A DNA stretch of 64,000 bases from Bacteroidales bacterium (lineage in GTDB: Bacteria > Bacteroidota > Bacteroidia > Bacteroidales > UBA10428). The notes under the pieces are model-generated. The model had not been told where the DNA came from, searched no databases, and saw only the letters and a program-made list of their open reading frames with translations. The stretch is taken from positions 62,162 to 126,161 of the forward strand of contig JAFGIP010000051.1 of assembly GCA_016929525.1 (NCBI GenBank), in the 5' to 3' direction. Made by a program: the position numbers and the translations under genes. This document shows, one piece after another, positions 19,801 through 28,506 of the stretch (the stretch's first letter is position 1; each line of letters begins with the position of its first letter).

Positions 19801-20672
19801 AGCAATTATATCAGCAATATAAGTATACAGCGGATGAAAAGGGCATTCAGCTTCAATTAAAAATTCCTGATAAAAAAACGATCATATATAGCGATATCAC
19901 CCGGTTAAAACAAATTATCAATAACCTTTTATCTAACGCATTTAAGTTTACTGATAAAGGCTCTGTCAGTTTTGGATACAGGCAGGATACCAATAATACA
20001 ATTGAATTCTTTGTACAGGATACAGGTATTGGTATTGCCGAAGATATTATTGATGAAATCTTTAATAAATTTATTAAAGATGAACGGAGCATGTTAAAGA
20101 AATATCGGGGTAATGGATTAGGTTTATCAATCAGTAAGAGTCTTGTTGAACTGATGGGAGGGAAAATTTGGGTTCAAAGTAAATTTGGCAGTGGCAGTAC
20201 ATTTTACTTCTGTATTCCTGTAAGAACAAATCTAAACGAAGTAAAAATTTCTGATGAAAGTTATAAAGAGCTGTCTAATGAAAAACCTTATTTAGGAGGT
20301 AAAAAAGTATTAATTGTTGAAGATGAAGAGGCCAATAGAAGGTTGCTTATGATATTTATGAAAGATACCAGCTCTGAAGTTATTGTGGCAGAAAACGGGA
20401 AAGAAGCTGTCGATATTGTCGAAAAATACCAGGGAAATATAAATATTATTTTAATGGATATAAAAATGCCTGTAATGGATGGAATTACAGCTTTAAAACA
20501 TATAAAGAAAAAATATAAACACATACCTATAATTGCCCAGACTGCATTTGTTCAGGAGCATGAAAAACAAAGGTTTTTATCTGAAGGATTTATTGATTTA
20601 ATTACAAAGCCTATTAACCGCAGTGTGTTATATAATACAGTTCAGTATCATATTAGTGATAAGAAGAACTAA
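16821..20672 (+). CDS. Hybrid sensor histidine kinase/response regulator with periplasmic beta-propeller (Reg_prop) and Y_Y_Y domains, no DNA-binding output
   Basis: 1283 aa. Signal peptide; repeated G.W.GT..GL propeller blades; Y_Y_Y region (FKYKLEGFDNIWIDV); TM helix; coiled coil; HisKA H-box (FLANMSHEIRTPMNAI); HATPase N/G boxes; C-terminal REC (VLIVEDEEANR...MDIKMPVMDG). The ORF ends after REC. Confidence 0.9.
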   Translation: MKYSYHIITCLFFLLFGIILYGQNSYTLKSLTKKEGLSSITVYTIIKDKNGFVWIGSADGLNKFDGQKVSRYFYDPGKKTSISSNIIERLYIDSSGRFWVGTFDKLHLYDYHKDEFIEITDIQKVEIKNKIRHVHTIAEDDEGYLWLGTRNGLYKLCVSSSNNIEITDKTYLIKRNDIDNDNYVRQVLIDKNNQLWVGIKYGNKGVVRIDLNDSSAYFYSNDPNNINSLSNNEIRYMDIADDGTLYVETADGLNYYNDSQNQFKRIKTSSDFQYHKLIMSVRTGVHEDISSLFDKNRELIINNSLEYLESSINNEITKQFYSSINKKEILTGYADNKGNIWYGTLYNGVYYLCRNNFGFKTFSNCSQVELNQMVRSLSNDESTNTIWFSAYDEIYEYRRNSDQLIRYSYKSGNNPFNLNEDDVIGAIFLDSRKKLYIGYNDGLLIYNTISRKLERKLAYLNNDFKSSATVPGNQFQCFFETSDNLIYIGYYGKSISTYNQITGELVHYNNIYPEILNSSVFSILESEKRVIWLGTSHGVVKIDFNNHEATKFRFDPMNIIKSIVIDQKQRIWAGGNGLLYLNKITQEFEYDTVVETKYNIRNILAQNNALWLSTQLGLIKYLPDSASYILYSVEHGIRSEDLFSSIGGLSQNGEYIIGSDKGLTMFFPDSVITQSDFPEIRLKECYINNVVMNIGQELNGQVILTESIINTDRIDLNYKNNSFSFEFSAIEFLTPDKILFKYKLEGFDNIWIDVEEGSNKVVYTNIPPGEYKLLIVSTNTLGQWNKTPFELELNIAFPFWQTWWFRVLVVIIIILIINTIIRLRLRFFKENEKILKNKVHERTLELEENQIEIIAQKEELERQRDALNELNKKLEEQNREIIQHRNHLEDIVENRTKELIQAKVKAEESDRLKSMFLANMSHEIRTPMNAILGFSSLLNKPDITEREKITFINYINTNGESLLRLIEDIIDISQIQTHQLKFNIQSFVIDDLLQQLYQQYKYTADEKGIQLQLKIPDKKTIIYSDITRLKQIINNLLSNAFKFTDKGSVSFGYRQDTNNTIEFFVQDTGIGIAEDIIDEIFNKFIKDERSMLKKYRGNGLGLSISKSLVELMGGKIWVQSKFGSGSTFYFCIPVRTNLNEVKISDESYKELSNEKPYLGGKKVLIVEDEEANRRLLMIFMKDTSSEVIVAENGKEAVDIVEKYQGNINIILMDIKMPVMDGITALKHIKKKYKHIPIIAQTAFVQEHEKQRFLSEGFIDLITKPINRSVLYNTVQYHISDKKN

Positions 20673-20781
20673 AAGAGCCTGATTTCATTCATTTTAAACA
20701 AAGGTGTTAAACAAAAAATCTCTGATTTAATCATTAAACAGAATTAACTATCTTGGTGCTTCATTTCAAATTTTTACTCAC

Positions 20782-21759
20782 ATGGAATATTTCAGATTGT
20801 ATATACCTGCTGCACTAATTGTATTAACGTCGATATCTTGTAACGACGGTAAAAAAGCATCACGCTTTCCGGAAGAACTGGCAAATAAAAAGTTAAGTGA
20901 GATAAATGTTGAAACTATAGAAGATTCTGTTAGTTATGCTCTTGGAATTACGTGGGCAAATAATATGAGAGGGTTTGGCATGAATACTATTACAAACGCA
21001 TTTTATATTGGAGCCTATGACTGTATACATCATCGGGATACTTTAATGACATTTGAAGAAACCGATACATATCTCCAGGATAGATATCAAAAATTACAAT
21101 ACGATGTAACAAAAACCCGGGGAACAGATGATATTCTTTTAAAAGATATCTCTTTAAAAACCCCGTTTGATACTTTTAGTTATGCTTTAGGGTATGCGTG
21201 GACATACAGAGCATATGCTCACGGCATAGATGATGTTACGCCAGCGCTCTTAAAAGGTTTGATGAAACAATTGAAGGGAGATTCAACAATATTCAGTTAT
21301 TCTGATTCTGAGAAATACCTTTATTATTATATTGAGAATAAACGTAGTATGGTTTATGCTGATACTAAAGCAAAGAATGAGAAATGGTTTAATGATAATG
21401 CAGGTAATGAAAGAGTGATAGAACATCCATCGGGCATACAATATAAAATAATAAAAAGCGGAAACGGTAAAAAATCAACTCCCGGTAGTGTGCTGGAATG
21501 CAATTTTACTACTCGTTTGATTGACGGTACTATAATTGAATCATCTGAGAAAAATGGTAACCCATTGCGATTTTATCCATCCGGTGTTATCAGAGGTTGG
21601 GCAGAAGCGGTTCTCAGTATGAGAGAAGGTGATATCTGGGAGGTTTATATTCCTTATAAGTTGGCATACGGCTCAGGAGGAATAAAGAATAAGGTCCCAC
21701 CTTATTCAACAATTATTCTCTATATTGAGTTACTCAGTGTGGAAAATAATCCAATGTAA
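20782..21759 (+). CDS. FKBP-type peptidyl-prolyl isomerase lipoprotein
   Basis: 325 aa. Lipobox LTSISCNDG. Duplicated FKBP_N-like region (SYALGI.W / SYALGYAW). C-terminal FKBP_C (GVIRGWAEAVLSMREGDIWEVYIPYKLAYG). Confidence 0.85.
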   Translation: MEYFRLYIPAALIVLTSISCNDGKKASRFPEELANKKLSEINVETIEDSVSYALGITWANNMRGFGMNTITNAFYIGAYDCIHHRDTLMTFEETDTYLQDRYQKLQYDVTKTRGTDDILLKDISLKTPFDTFSYALGYAWTYRAYAHGIDDVTPALLKGLMKQLKGDSTIFSYSDSEKYLYYYIENKRSMVYADTKAKNEKWFNDNAGNERVIEHPSGIQYKIIKSGNGKKSTPGSVLECNFTTRLIDGTIIESSEKNGNPLRFYPSGVIRGWAEAVLSMREGDIWEVYIPYKLAYGSGGIKNKVPPYSTIILYIELLSVENNPM

Positions 21760-21892
21760 TAGGATACAGAAAAGACTTCTCGAATAGTATAAATCACGTT
21801 ATATAATTTATCAATATTCGACCCTATTGTTTTTGAGTTTTCAGTTTTTACTAATCTCCAACTGACTTATGATGCTTTGAGCTAAGAGGAAT

Positions 21893-21922
21893 AAAAAACC
21901 GCCTGAAAAGTTTCAGGCGGTT
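21893..21922 (-). terminator. Rho-independent terminator of the GH16 gene
   Basis: aaccgcctgaaa (21897-21908) pairs with tttcaggcggtt (21911-21922). On the - strand it is followed by TTTTTTATT. Confidence 0.75.
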
Positions 21923-21942
21923 ATAAAATATAAAGGAGTGTA

Positions 21943-23379
21943 TTAGTTTTTGGTGATCCTGATTGATTTTTCAAAAGTATCTGTAACAACTCTGAGGATG
22001 TACATACCGCTGTTGAGACCAGATAAATCAAGAACCGTTGCTGAAGAGTTGTTTACTACACTAACGCAGCGTTTTCCCGTAAGATCGAAGATCTCCAGAA
22101 TTGCTACATCATTTTTCAAACCAGTAATATTAATGAAGTCGTCGGCCGGTAACGGAAAGACTTTAACGTTCTCTGAGATTGAAATATCATACTCAATACC
22201 TGCTTTTGGATCGGTTTGTGCAAATGTCGCGTCATTTCTGTCGAGAGTAGTTGAAATTGTTGTAATATACAACAGAGAATTTCTATGCCGGATATACCTT
22301 CCCGGGTAATTATATGATTCAAAAGATACTTTCGATCCATCGGCCAGACCTGCTCTTTGATGAAATGTAGCATCTTCTCTGAACAACTGCGATCCGTCAT
22401 AAACATCAAGCCATATCTCGCCGCGTCTGTGACGTAAATAACGATTGGGGAAATTCTGCGATTGGAATGAAACACCGGAGCCGGCCAGTCCGGACACCAT
22501 CAGCCAATTTTGATCGGCTGCCGGGGTTACGTTAGGATCGATACGTCCTCGGCTCCAGGCATGACGAATATACCTGTTGGGGAAATTGTGGCTTTGCCAG
22601 GAAACATATCCCGACGGGGGCGGAGGTGTTGAAGTTTGTTGAGATACTCTCACCCAGTCAACTCGCATATTTGCAGGAAATGCATTGTTATCAATTGTAA
22701 ATCCGGGCCAATTACCGCCAATAGCCATATTCAGGAGAATAAAGAAATTGTTGTGGAATTCATTGGTACCATTAATGCTGTTTGCAATATTTGCTTCATG
22801 AAACTGAGCACCATCAACAAACCATTTAATTGAATTTGCATCCCAGTCGATGCGGTACACATGATAAGCAGTAACATTTACCCCGGTTGAGCCACTGTAA
22901 CTGGCATAACCGTTATAGTCCCAGTGAATGGTTCCATATGTTACTCCTTCGGTGTTCACATGTTCCATAATATCTATTTTTCCACAGGCAGGCCAACCTA
23001 CCGATCCGATATTATCACCGAGCATCCAGAATGCTGGCCATGACCCTGTGAATGATGGTAACTGAATTCGTGCTTCCACCCGGCCATAACGCCACGATCT
23101 TCTACCCTGTGTTTTCATTCGTGCCGAAGTATAGGCCATTCCTCCATAGCTCTCCAGGCGAGCCTGGATTTGCAGTGCGTTGTTCACGACAGATGCATTT
23201 TGCGAACGGTAGTACTGAAGTTCGTTGTTACCCCAGCCACCGGAACCGGTTCCAATGTCGTAAACCCAGTCGGGGCCGATACTGCCATTGAATTCATCTG
23301 CCCATACAACCTGCCAGGTTTGACCTTTAAGTGTAATGGCAAAAATTGCAAAAACTAGAAAAGTCAGAAATTTTTTCAT
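21943..23379 (-). CDS. Secreted GH16-family (laminarinase-like) protein with AbfB/CBM42-like beta-trefoil and T9SS C-terminal sorting domain; nucleophile position is Lys
   Basis: 478 aa. Signal peptide. GH16 core with WPAFWMLG and WPACGKIDIMEH, where the canonical sequence is GEIDIME. Three repeats of S[WF][QE]S.N[FY]P.RY[IL]RH. C-terminal VKVFPLPADDFINI...GMYILRVV...IRITKN. Confidence 0.85.
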   Translation of the reverse strand: MKKFLTFLVFAIFAITLKGQTWQVVWADEFNGSIGPDWVYDIGTGSGGWGNNELQYYRSQNASVVNNALQIQARLESYGGMAYTSARMKTQGRRSWRYGRVEARIQLPSFTGSWPAFWMLGDNIGSVGWPACGKIDIMEHVNTEGVTYGTIHWDYNGYASYSGSTGVNVTAYHVYRIDWDANSIKWFVDGAQFHEANIANSINGTNEFHNNFFILLNMAIGGNWPGFTIDNNAFPANMRVDWVRVSQQTSTPPPPSGYVSWQSHNFPNRYIRHAWSRGRIDPNVTPAADQNWLMVSGLAGSGVSFQSQNFPNRYLRHRRGEIWLDVYDGSQLFREDATFHQRAGLADGSKVSFESYNYPGRYIRHRNSLLYITTISTTLDRNDATFAQTDPKAGIEYDISISENVKVFPLPADDFINITGLKNDVAILEIFDLTGKRCVSVVNNSSATVLDLSGLNSGMYILRVVTDTFEKSIRITKN

Positions 23380-23992
23380 AGTAGTTAATAATGTTGGTTA
23401 TTAAAAAGATTATTTTGATATACCTATTAAGGCTTCTTTAGTTTTTAGATAGAATAAAAAGCCCTATAGTCATGTTTCTCAAATATTAATCACAGATCAT
23501 GGCAGGTAATTTATATACTATGAAATGCAAAAGATACATTGATCCTTGACTAATATTCTGTTTGCAGTATACTCTGATGAATTATTAAAAGATGTAGCGA
23601 ATGGTTTTCCTAAAGATAATATATGAGGTAGGCGGATACCTATATCAACAACTATATAAATACTATAGCTTAACTCAAGAAAAATTCACTATTCATTAAT
23701 AATGAGCTAGAAATAAATAGATTATAGATGAAAATAATATCCTTTTTATACAGTATAATACTTAACGGTTAGCCTGAAAAAACACTTTCGGGAAAAATCA
23801 CTACAAATTTCTATTCTCATTCTCCTTATTATGCAATTACAGATTCGAGCGATATTGTTGGAATAATTACTGAAATTAGACGATTAGAACATAAATCATC
23901 AATGTTTTTTTCAGTGATACATAATCGGTCAGGGAATCAGTTGAATGTAAAAAACAAGGCAAAGTAATTTAAATAACCACAGGGAGCGTAAA

Positions 23993-26479
23993 TTAAAATC
24001 CAATATCTTCTCCACCGAAGCCATTTTCATCACCTCTCCGATCTGGTTCGGGACGTTTTTTCTTTTGGTTAAGTCGATACATAAAAGTTAGCATATAGGT
24101 GCGTTCTGACCGACGCCATTCACCTTCAGAATAAATATTTGGTTCATCAAGCACATATCGGTATTTTCTGCTGTTCAGAACATCGCGAATATTAAATGTC
24201 AGAGTTCCTTTATTTTTCAGGATATCCCGACTGATAGCCAAATCAAGCATATACATTGCCTTCCTTTTTCCCTGCGTAGTTTCACTGGGTGCTCGATAAC
24301 GATAAATTGCCTGTAAATCGAAAAGTTTCCTGAAACGCATTTTAGAATTAAGACGTGTGTTCCACGAGTAGTAATCGCTTTCGCGCTCTACGCCTTCAGT
24401 AGTACCATTCGTTTGGGATCGGTAGTAGTTAATGTCACTTGTAAATGTCCACCATTTAAACGGATTCAAAGTTAAATTCGATTCAATACCATAAGATATC
24501 CTTCTGTCCAAATTATACGGGATCTGGATTGAGATATCCAAACTGTCAAAATATGTTGTAATACGATCAATAACTCCTTTTGTGTCCCTTAAATAGAGGC
24601 CCGCATAAAAGTTTATGTAGTCTTGTTTAAATATATAACCTGCCTCATATGAATTAGTGTATTCAGGCTCTAAGAATGGATTTCCAGTTCTTATGTTCTT
24701 TGGATCGGTATAACTGTAAAAAGGATTGAGTAACCAAAAATGCGGTCGGTTTATTCGTCTGCTATAACTAAGCTGAACTGCATGCTTTGGATTAAACTCA
24801 TATGTTGTATGAACAGTCGGAAAGAGATTAAAATACAGGTCATCATTTGCACTTTCTGCTACTGGTAGTATTGTAAATATACTATCGTTCGATTCGTTTT
24901 GTGAAATCCTGATATCAGAGAGTTCACCTCTTAATCCTACCTGAACTGAAAACTTATTAAACTTGTTACCTGCCTGCATATAAAATGCATGAACATTCTC
25001 GATGTAATTAATATTGTTTGTGTACTCCGGTAAAGTATCCCAGTTACCAATTGTGTTTTTTTCTTCTACAATATAAGGATTGCTGATTTTCCGAAATTCA
25101 CTTCGATAACCTGATTCAAATTTTCCACTTCTGCCCAGTGGTTGGATGTAATCAACCTGTATAAGAAAATTTCTTTCACTTTCTTCGTTTAGTACTCTTT
25201 GAACTAAATCCCATTCACGGATCATTTCATTATCAGGTACATATTCAATACTTTCAGAAATATCAGAATCCTCGGTTTCTTCATCCTCAATATAATGAGA
25301 ATAGATCGTCAGTTTGTGCTCGTCACCGGAGAATATTTTTTCATAATTCAGTGTAAATTCAATATCCAATTCATCTTCCCGTTCTTTATCCTCCCGCAAT
25401 GTTAGATAATCCAAAGTATCTGTAATCGTATAATCTTTATAAGTCAGTTCAGAGAGGTTTAACTGATTGTCGATTCCCAGAATAAATGAACCGGTAATGA
25501 TATTTTTTGAATTAATAAAATAATCCAGTCCTCCCTGTATTCGATTTGATAACCCTGTACGAAGACGATCCTGGTGTATCCGTTTTATGTATGCCGAATC
25601 AGTCAAACCACGTTCCTGGTATCCATAACCACCACCCGGTCTTTCATCATAGCGGACATTATAATTTAAAAAATAATTAATTTTTTCACGGCGAAAATTA
25701 ACATTAGCTCCTAATGAATAGATGTGCGGATATCCTGCTGTTGTTTCAAATGTTCCGTTTACACCTTTCTGCTGTTCTTTTTTCAATACAATATTTATAA
25801 TTCCCCCCATTCCTTCAGCTTCGTATCGTGCACTTGGATTGGTAATAACTTCCACACGATCAACCATTGAAGCCTGTAAATTTTGTAATGCTTCAGAATT
25901 ACCTGCATTGATCATACCCGAAGGTTTTCCATTTATTAGAATTTGAAGGTTGCTACTTCCGCGAAGGCTTACATTACCTTCAAGATCGACACTTACTGAA
26001 GGAATATTGTCTAAAATATCCAATGTAGTCTGTCCTGTATTACTAAGGTCTTTTCCAACGTTGAATACTTTTTTATCTAATGCAATAACCATTTCACTTT
26101 TCTCTGCAACAACTGTTACAGCATCCAGGTCAGTTGCTTCGGGTTTCAGTTCAATGGTTCCCAAATCGACAATTCTGCTTCCACGGCTAACTTCTATATT
26201 GTCTAAGTATTCTTTTTTATAAGAAATAAATTGTATAACGGCATAATATTTACCCGGATCAATATTAATTGAAAATGTACCGTCAGTTCCTGTAATACCT
26301 CCGTTAATTAGTGTCGAGTCAGGTCCAAATACAGAGATAGTAGCAAATTCCAGCGGGATTTGGTTAATATTATCAATCACCTTACCCATAATTTTACCTG
26401 GACCTTCAGGAGCAGGTTGAGCTATTGCACCGGTAAAGATCACGACAATTAGTATTAAAGATATTAGTGATATTTTCAT
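23993..26479 (-). CDS. TonB-dependent-receptor-like outer membrane beta-barrel protein with N-terminal carboxypeptidase-regulatory-like domain
   Basis: 828 aa. Signal peptide; CarbopepD_reg-like GKVIDNINQIPLEFATISV; plug region (LDILDNIPSVSVDLEGNVSLRGSSNLQILINGKP); long barrel ending in a terminal F. No adjacent SusD. Confidence 0.8.
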   Translation of the reverse strand: MKISLISLILIVVIFTGAIAQPAPEGPGKIMGKVIDNINQIPLEFATISVFGPDSTLINGGITGTDGTFSINIDPGKYYAVIQFISYKKEYLDNIEVSRGSRIVDLGTIELKPEATDLDAVTVVAEKSEMVIALDKKVFNVGKDLSNTGQTTLDILDNIPSVSVDLEGNVSLRGSSNLQILINGKPSGMINAGNSEALQNLQASMVDRVEVITNPSARYEAEGMGGIINIVLKKEQQKGVNGTFETTAGYPHIYSLGANVNFRREKINYFLNYNVRYDERPGGGYGYQERGLTDSAYIKRIHQDRLRTGLSNRIQGGLDYFINSKNIITGSFILGIDNQLNLSELTYKDYTITDTLDYLTLREDKEREDELDIEFTLNYEKIFSGDEHKLTIYSHYIEDEETEDSDISESIEYVPDNEMIREWDLVQRVLNEESERNFLIQVDYIQPLGRSGKFESGYRSEFRKISNPYIVEEKNTIGNWDTLPEYTNNINYIENVHAFYMQAGNKFNKFSVQVGLRGELSDIRISQNESNDSIFTILPVAESANDDLYFNLFPTVHTTYEFNPKHAVQLSYSRRINRPHFWLLNPFYSYTDPKNIRTGNPFLEPEYTNSYEAGYIFKQDYINFYAGLYLRDTKGVIDRITTYFDSLDISIQIPYNLDRRISYGIESNLTLNPFKWWTFTSDINYYRSQTNGTTEGVERESDYYSWNTRLNSKMRFRKLFDLQAIYRYRAPSETTQGKRKAMYMLDLAISRDILKNKGTLTFNIRDVLNSRKYRYVLDEPNIYSEGEWRRSERTYMLTFMYRLNQKKKRPEPDRRGDENGFGGEDIGF

Positions 26480-26696
26480 AAATGTATTTCAATAAATTAT
26501 TATCGAAGTAACTATAAATCTGATATTTCGTTCAATCATTACCAATTAAAAATTTGTTAAAATTTTTTCAAATGCATAATTGAATGAACAAACGCAAAAA
26601 TAGGATATATAATATCATCTGGAATTAAATTCTACTAAAGCTTTAAATGTCTCAACCAGATCGAGTATTATTCTATAAATTGTAATGTTAAATGCA

Positions 26697-26704
26697 TATC
26701 TTTG
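26697..26704 (+). promoter_or_regulatory. Bacteroidota -7 promoter box for the DUF3109 gene
   Basis: TAtcTTTG lies inside the 5' end of the long ORF, 18 nt upstream of the internal ATG at 26722. This argues for the shorter start. Confidence 0.5.
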
Positions 26705-26721
26705 AACGCCATAAAAAAAGT

Positions 26722-27291
26722 ATGCTGCAGATAAAGAATACTATCATAAGCAGTGATTTACTTAATAAAAATTTCTGTTGTGATTTGGAGAGTTGTAAGG
26801 GCGCTTGCTGCATTCATGGAGATGTAGGAGCACCGCTAACTGATTTTGAAGTTAAAAAGTTATCATTGATTTATCAAAAACTAAAGCCTTTCATACGCGA
26901 GGAAGGTGTTAGAGCAATTGAGGAGCTGGGTACATATGTAGTTGATGATGAAAATGAAACCGTTACTCCGCTTATTGATGGTAAGGAATGTGCTTATGTA
27001 GTGTTTGATAACGGAGTAGCAAGATGCGGCATTGAGAACGCATATACAGCAGGGGAAGTTGATTTCAGAAAACCAATCTCTTGCTTTTTATATCCGATTC
27101 GAATTAAAAAATATGAACAGTTCATAGCTGTCAATTACGATCAGTGGAATATCTGTGAATCTGCGAGGAAGAATGGGGACAGAAAAAATTTACCTGTTTA
27201 TAAATTTGTTGAAGAAGCGCTTACACAACGTTTTGGAACTGACTGGTTCCGGCATTTGAGAATTGCTGCTAGGGAGATAAAAAAAGATTAA
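26722..27291 (+). CDS. DUF3109 family Cys-rich protein
   Basis: Starts MLQIKNTIISSDL...FCCDLESCKGACCIHGDVGAPL, a pattern I recognise as DUF3109. The ORF track gives 26692 as the start, but the promoter box at 26697-26704 favours 26722. Confidence 0.75.
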   Translation: MLQIKNTIISSDLLNKNFCCDLESCKGACCIHGDVGAPLTDFEVKKLSLIYQKLKPFIREEGVRAIEELGTYVVDDENETVTPLIDGKECAYVVFDNGVARCGIENAYTAGEVDFRKPISCFLYPIRIKKYEQFIAVNYDQWNICESARKNGDRKNLPVYKFVEEALTQRFGTDWFRHLRIAAREIKKD

Positions 27292-27421
27292 ATAGATTAT
27301 AAAAGAAAGAAATGCCGATGATTCTTTATTTTCAGCCACACCGCAAATCAGACTAAATTTTCTCGTTGAATCACCGGCATTAATGAACCCTAATCTAATC
27401 ACTGAAAAATCTAAAATATTT

Positions 27422-28498
27422 TTACCATTTATTGTTTCTGTTATTTTTCCAAAATTCAATGTAATTCTTCTGCGATATTATACCAACGGGTCCTTCGTAA
27501 ATTCCACCAGAACCACCGGAATCGTACACTCTTACACTGATCGTATTCTTCTGATTCTTCTTTAATAATTCACTTGAAAAATAATAACCTCTTAATGCTG
27601 TCCATTCTATACCGGATATTACCATTTTTCTTTTATCAGATGAAATTACACCTGTTGAACCTACTTTTACGCCATTGACATATACCTCATCAATATCATC
27701 AATTTTACCAAGCAACAGAACAAATTTTGTATCAGTAACATTTCCACTGAAAACGAACGTTTTTCGATACCATGCAAAACCATCATAATCCCTGTAATGC
27801 TGATCTTCCCATTTACCCGGCACAAAAATTTTGTCCCAATCGGAATCGTCATATACTATATTTCTTCTATTTATATCATCACCGGTAGAGAAGTTCCAGG
27901 TACCCTGCAGATTTATTTCCAGTGGGATGGCAAACCTGTCAGAATAAATTCCGATATCTCCGCTGACAATTCCTCCGGCCTGATATATATCATATACGAT
28001 TATTGTAATAACATTGACTCCATCGAAATTTATATAATCTTCAGGAATATAATATACCCTGTTGGCATTATATGCAGTTTCAAATTGTGGAGGAAATGCT
28101 CCCGTTGTTCCAATTTTTCTTCCATTAAAGTAGGTTTCGTCCACATCATCTATATAACCGGCAACCAGATATAATGCTTTACCTTTATGATTACTGGGAA
28201 TCGTTACTTTTTTTCTGTATGAGGCAAATCCGTTATAGCCATAAAATCCTTCATCTTCCCACGAAGATGGCACTTTTACTGTTTCCCAACTGGAATCGTT
28301 ATAACCTGGTTTTGTCCATTCTTCGCGTTCTCCAATAGAAAACCTCCAGGGACCTTCAAGATCTATTATTCTAATCAGGTCCCCGGAAGAACCAAAAACA
28401 CCAATTGATATTGCACAGATAAGGCCAGGTAATGATATTTTGGTTATATGCTTTTTAATATATTCAAATACTACGATTTTCATATTTTCCCCCTCCAT
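27422..28498 (-). CDS. Membrane-anchored/secreted protein with two galactose-binding-domain-like (GH2 N-terminal sugar-binding / 7TMR-DISMED2-like) modules, paralogue 1
   Basis: 358 aa. N-terminal hydrophobic anchor. Two copies of W.F..G....W......DS.W....VP..WE..G...Y.G...YR ... G.IDD.DE...NG...G ... N.I...VYD..G.GGI. Confidence 0.6.
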   Translation of the reverse strand: MEGENMKIVVFEYIKKHITKISLPGLICAISIGVFGSSGDLIRIIDLEGPWRFSIGEREEWTKPGYNDSSWETVKVPSSWEDEGFYGYNGFASYRKKVTIPSNHKGKALYLVAGYIDDVDETYFNGRKIGTTGAFPPQFETAYNANRVYYIPEDYINFDGVNVITIIVYDIYQAGGIVSGDIGIYSDRFAIPLEINLQGTWNFSTGDDINRRNIVYDDSDWDKIFVPGKWEDQHYRDYDGFAWYRKTFVFSGNVTDTKFVLLLGKIDDIDEVYVNGVKVGSTGVISSDKRKMVISGIEWTALRGYYFSSELLKKNQKNTISVRVYDSGGSGGIYEGPVGIISQKNYIEFWKNNRNNKW

Positions 28499-28506
28499 CC
28501 TTTTCT

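Noticed and set aside
16821-26479. Possible polysaccharide utilisation locus (sensor + GH16 + outer-membrane barrel)
   Set aside because: There is no SusD-like gene and the barrel is not SusC-type (no adjacent lipoprotein partner). The genes are on different strands with their own terminators. Reported only as a loose neighbourhood.
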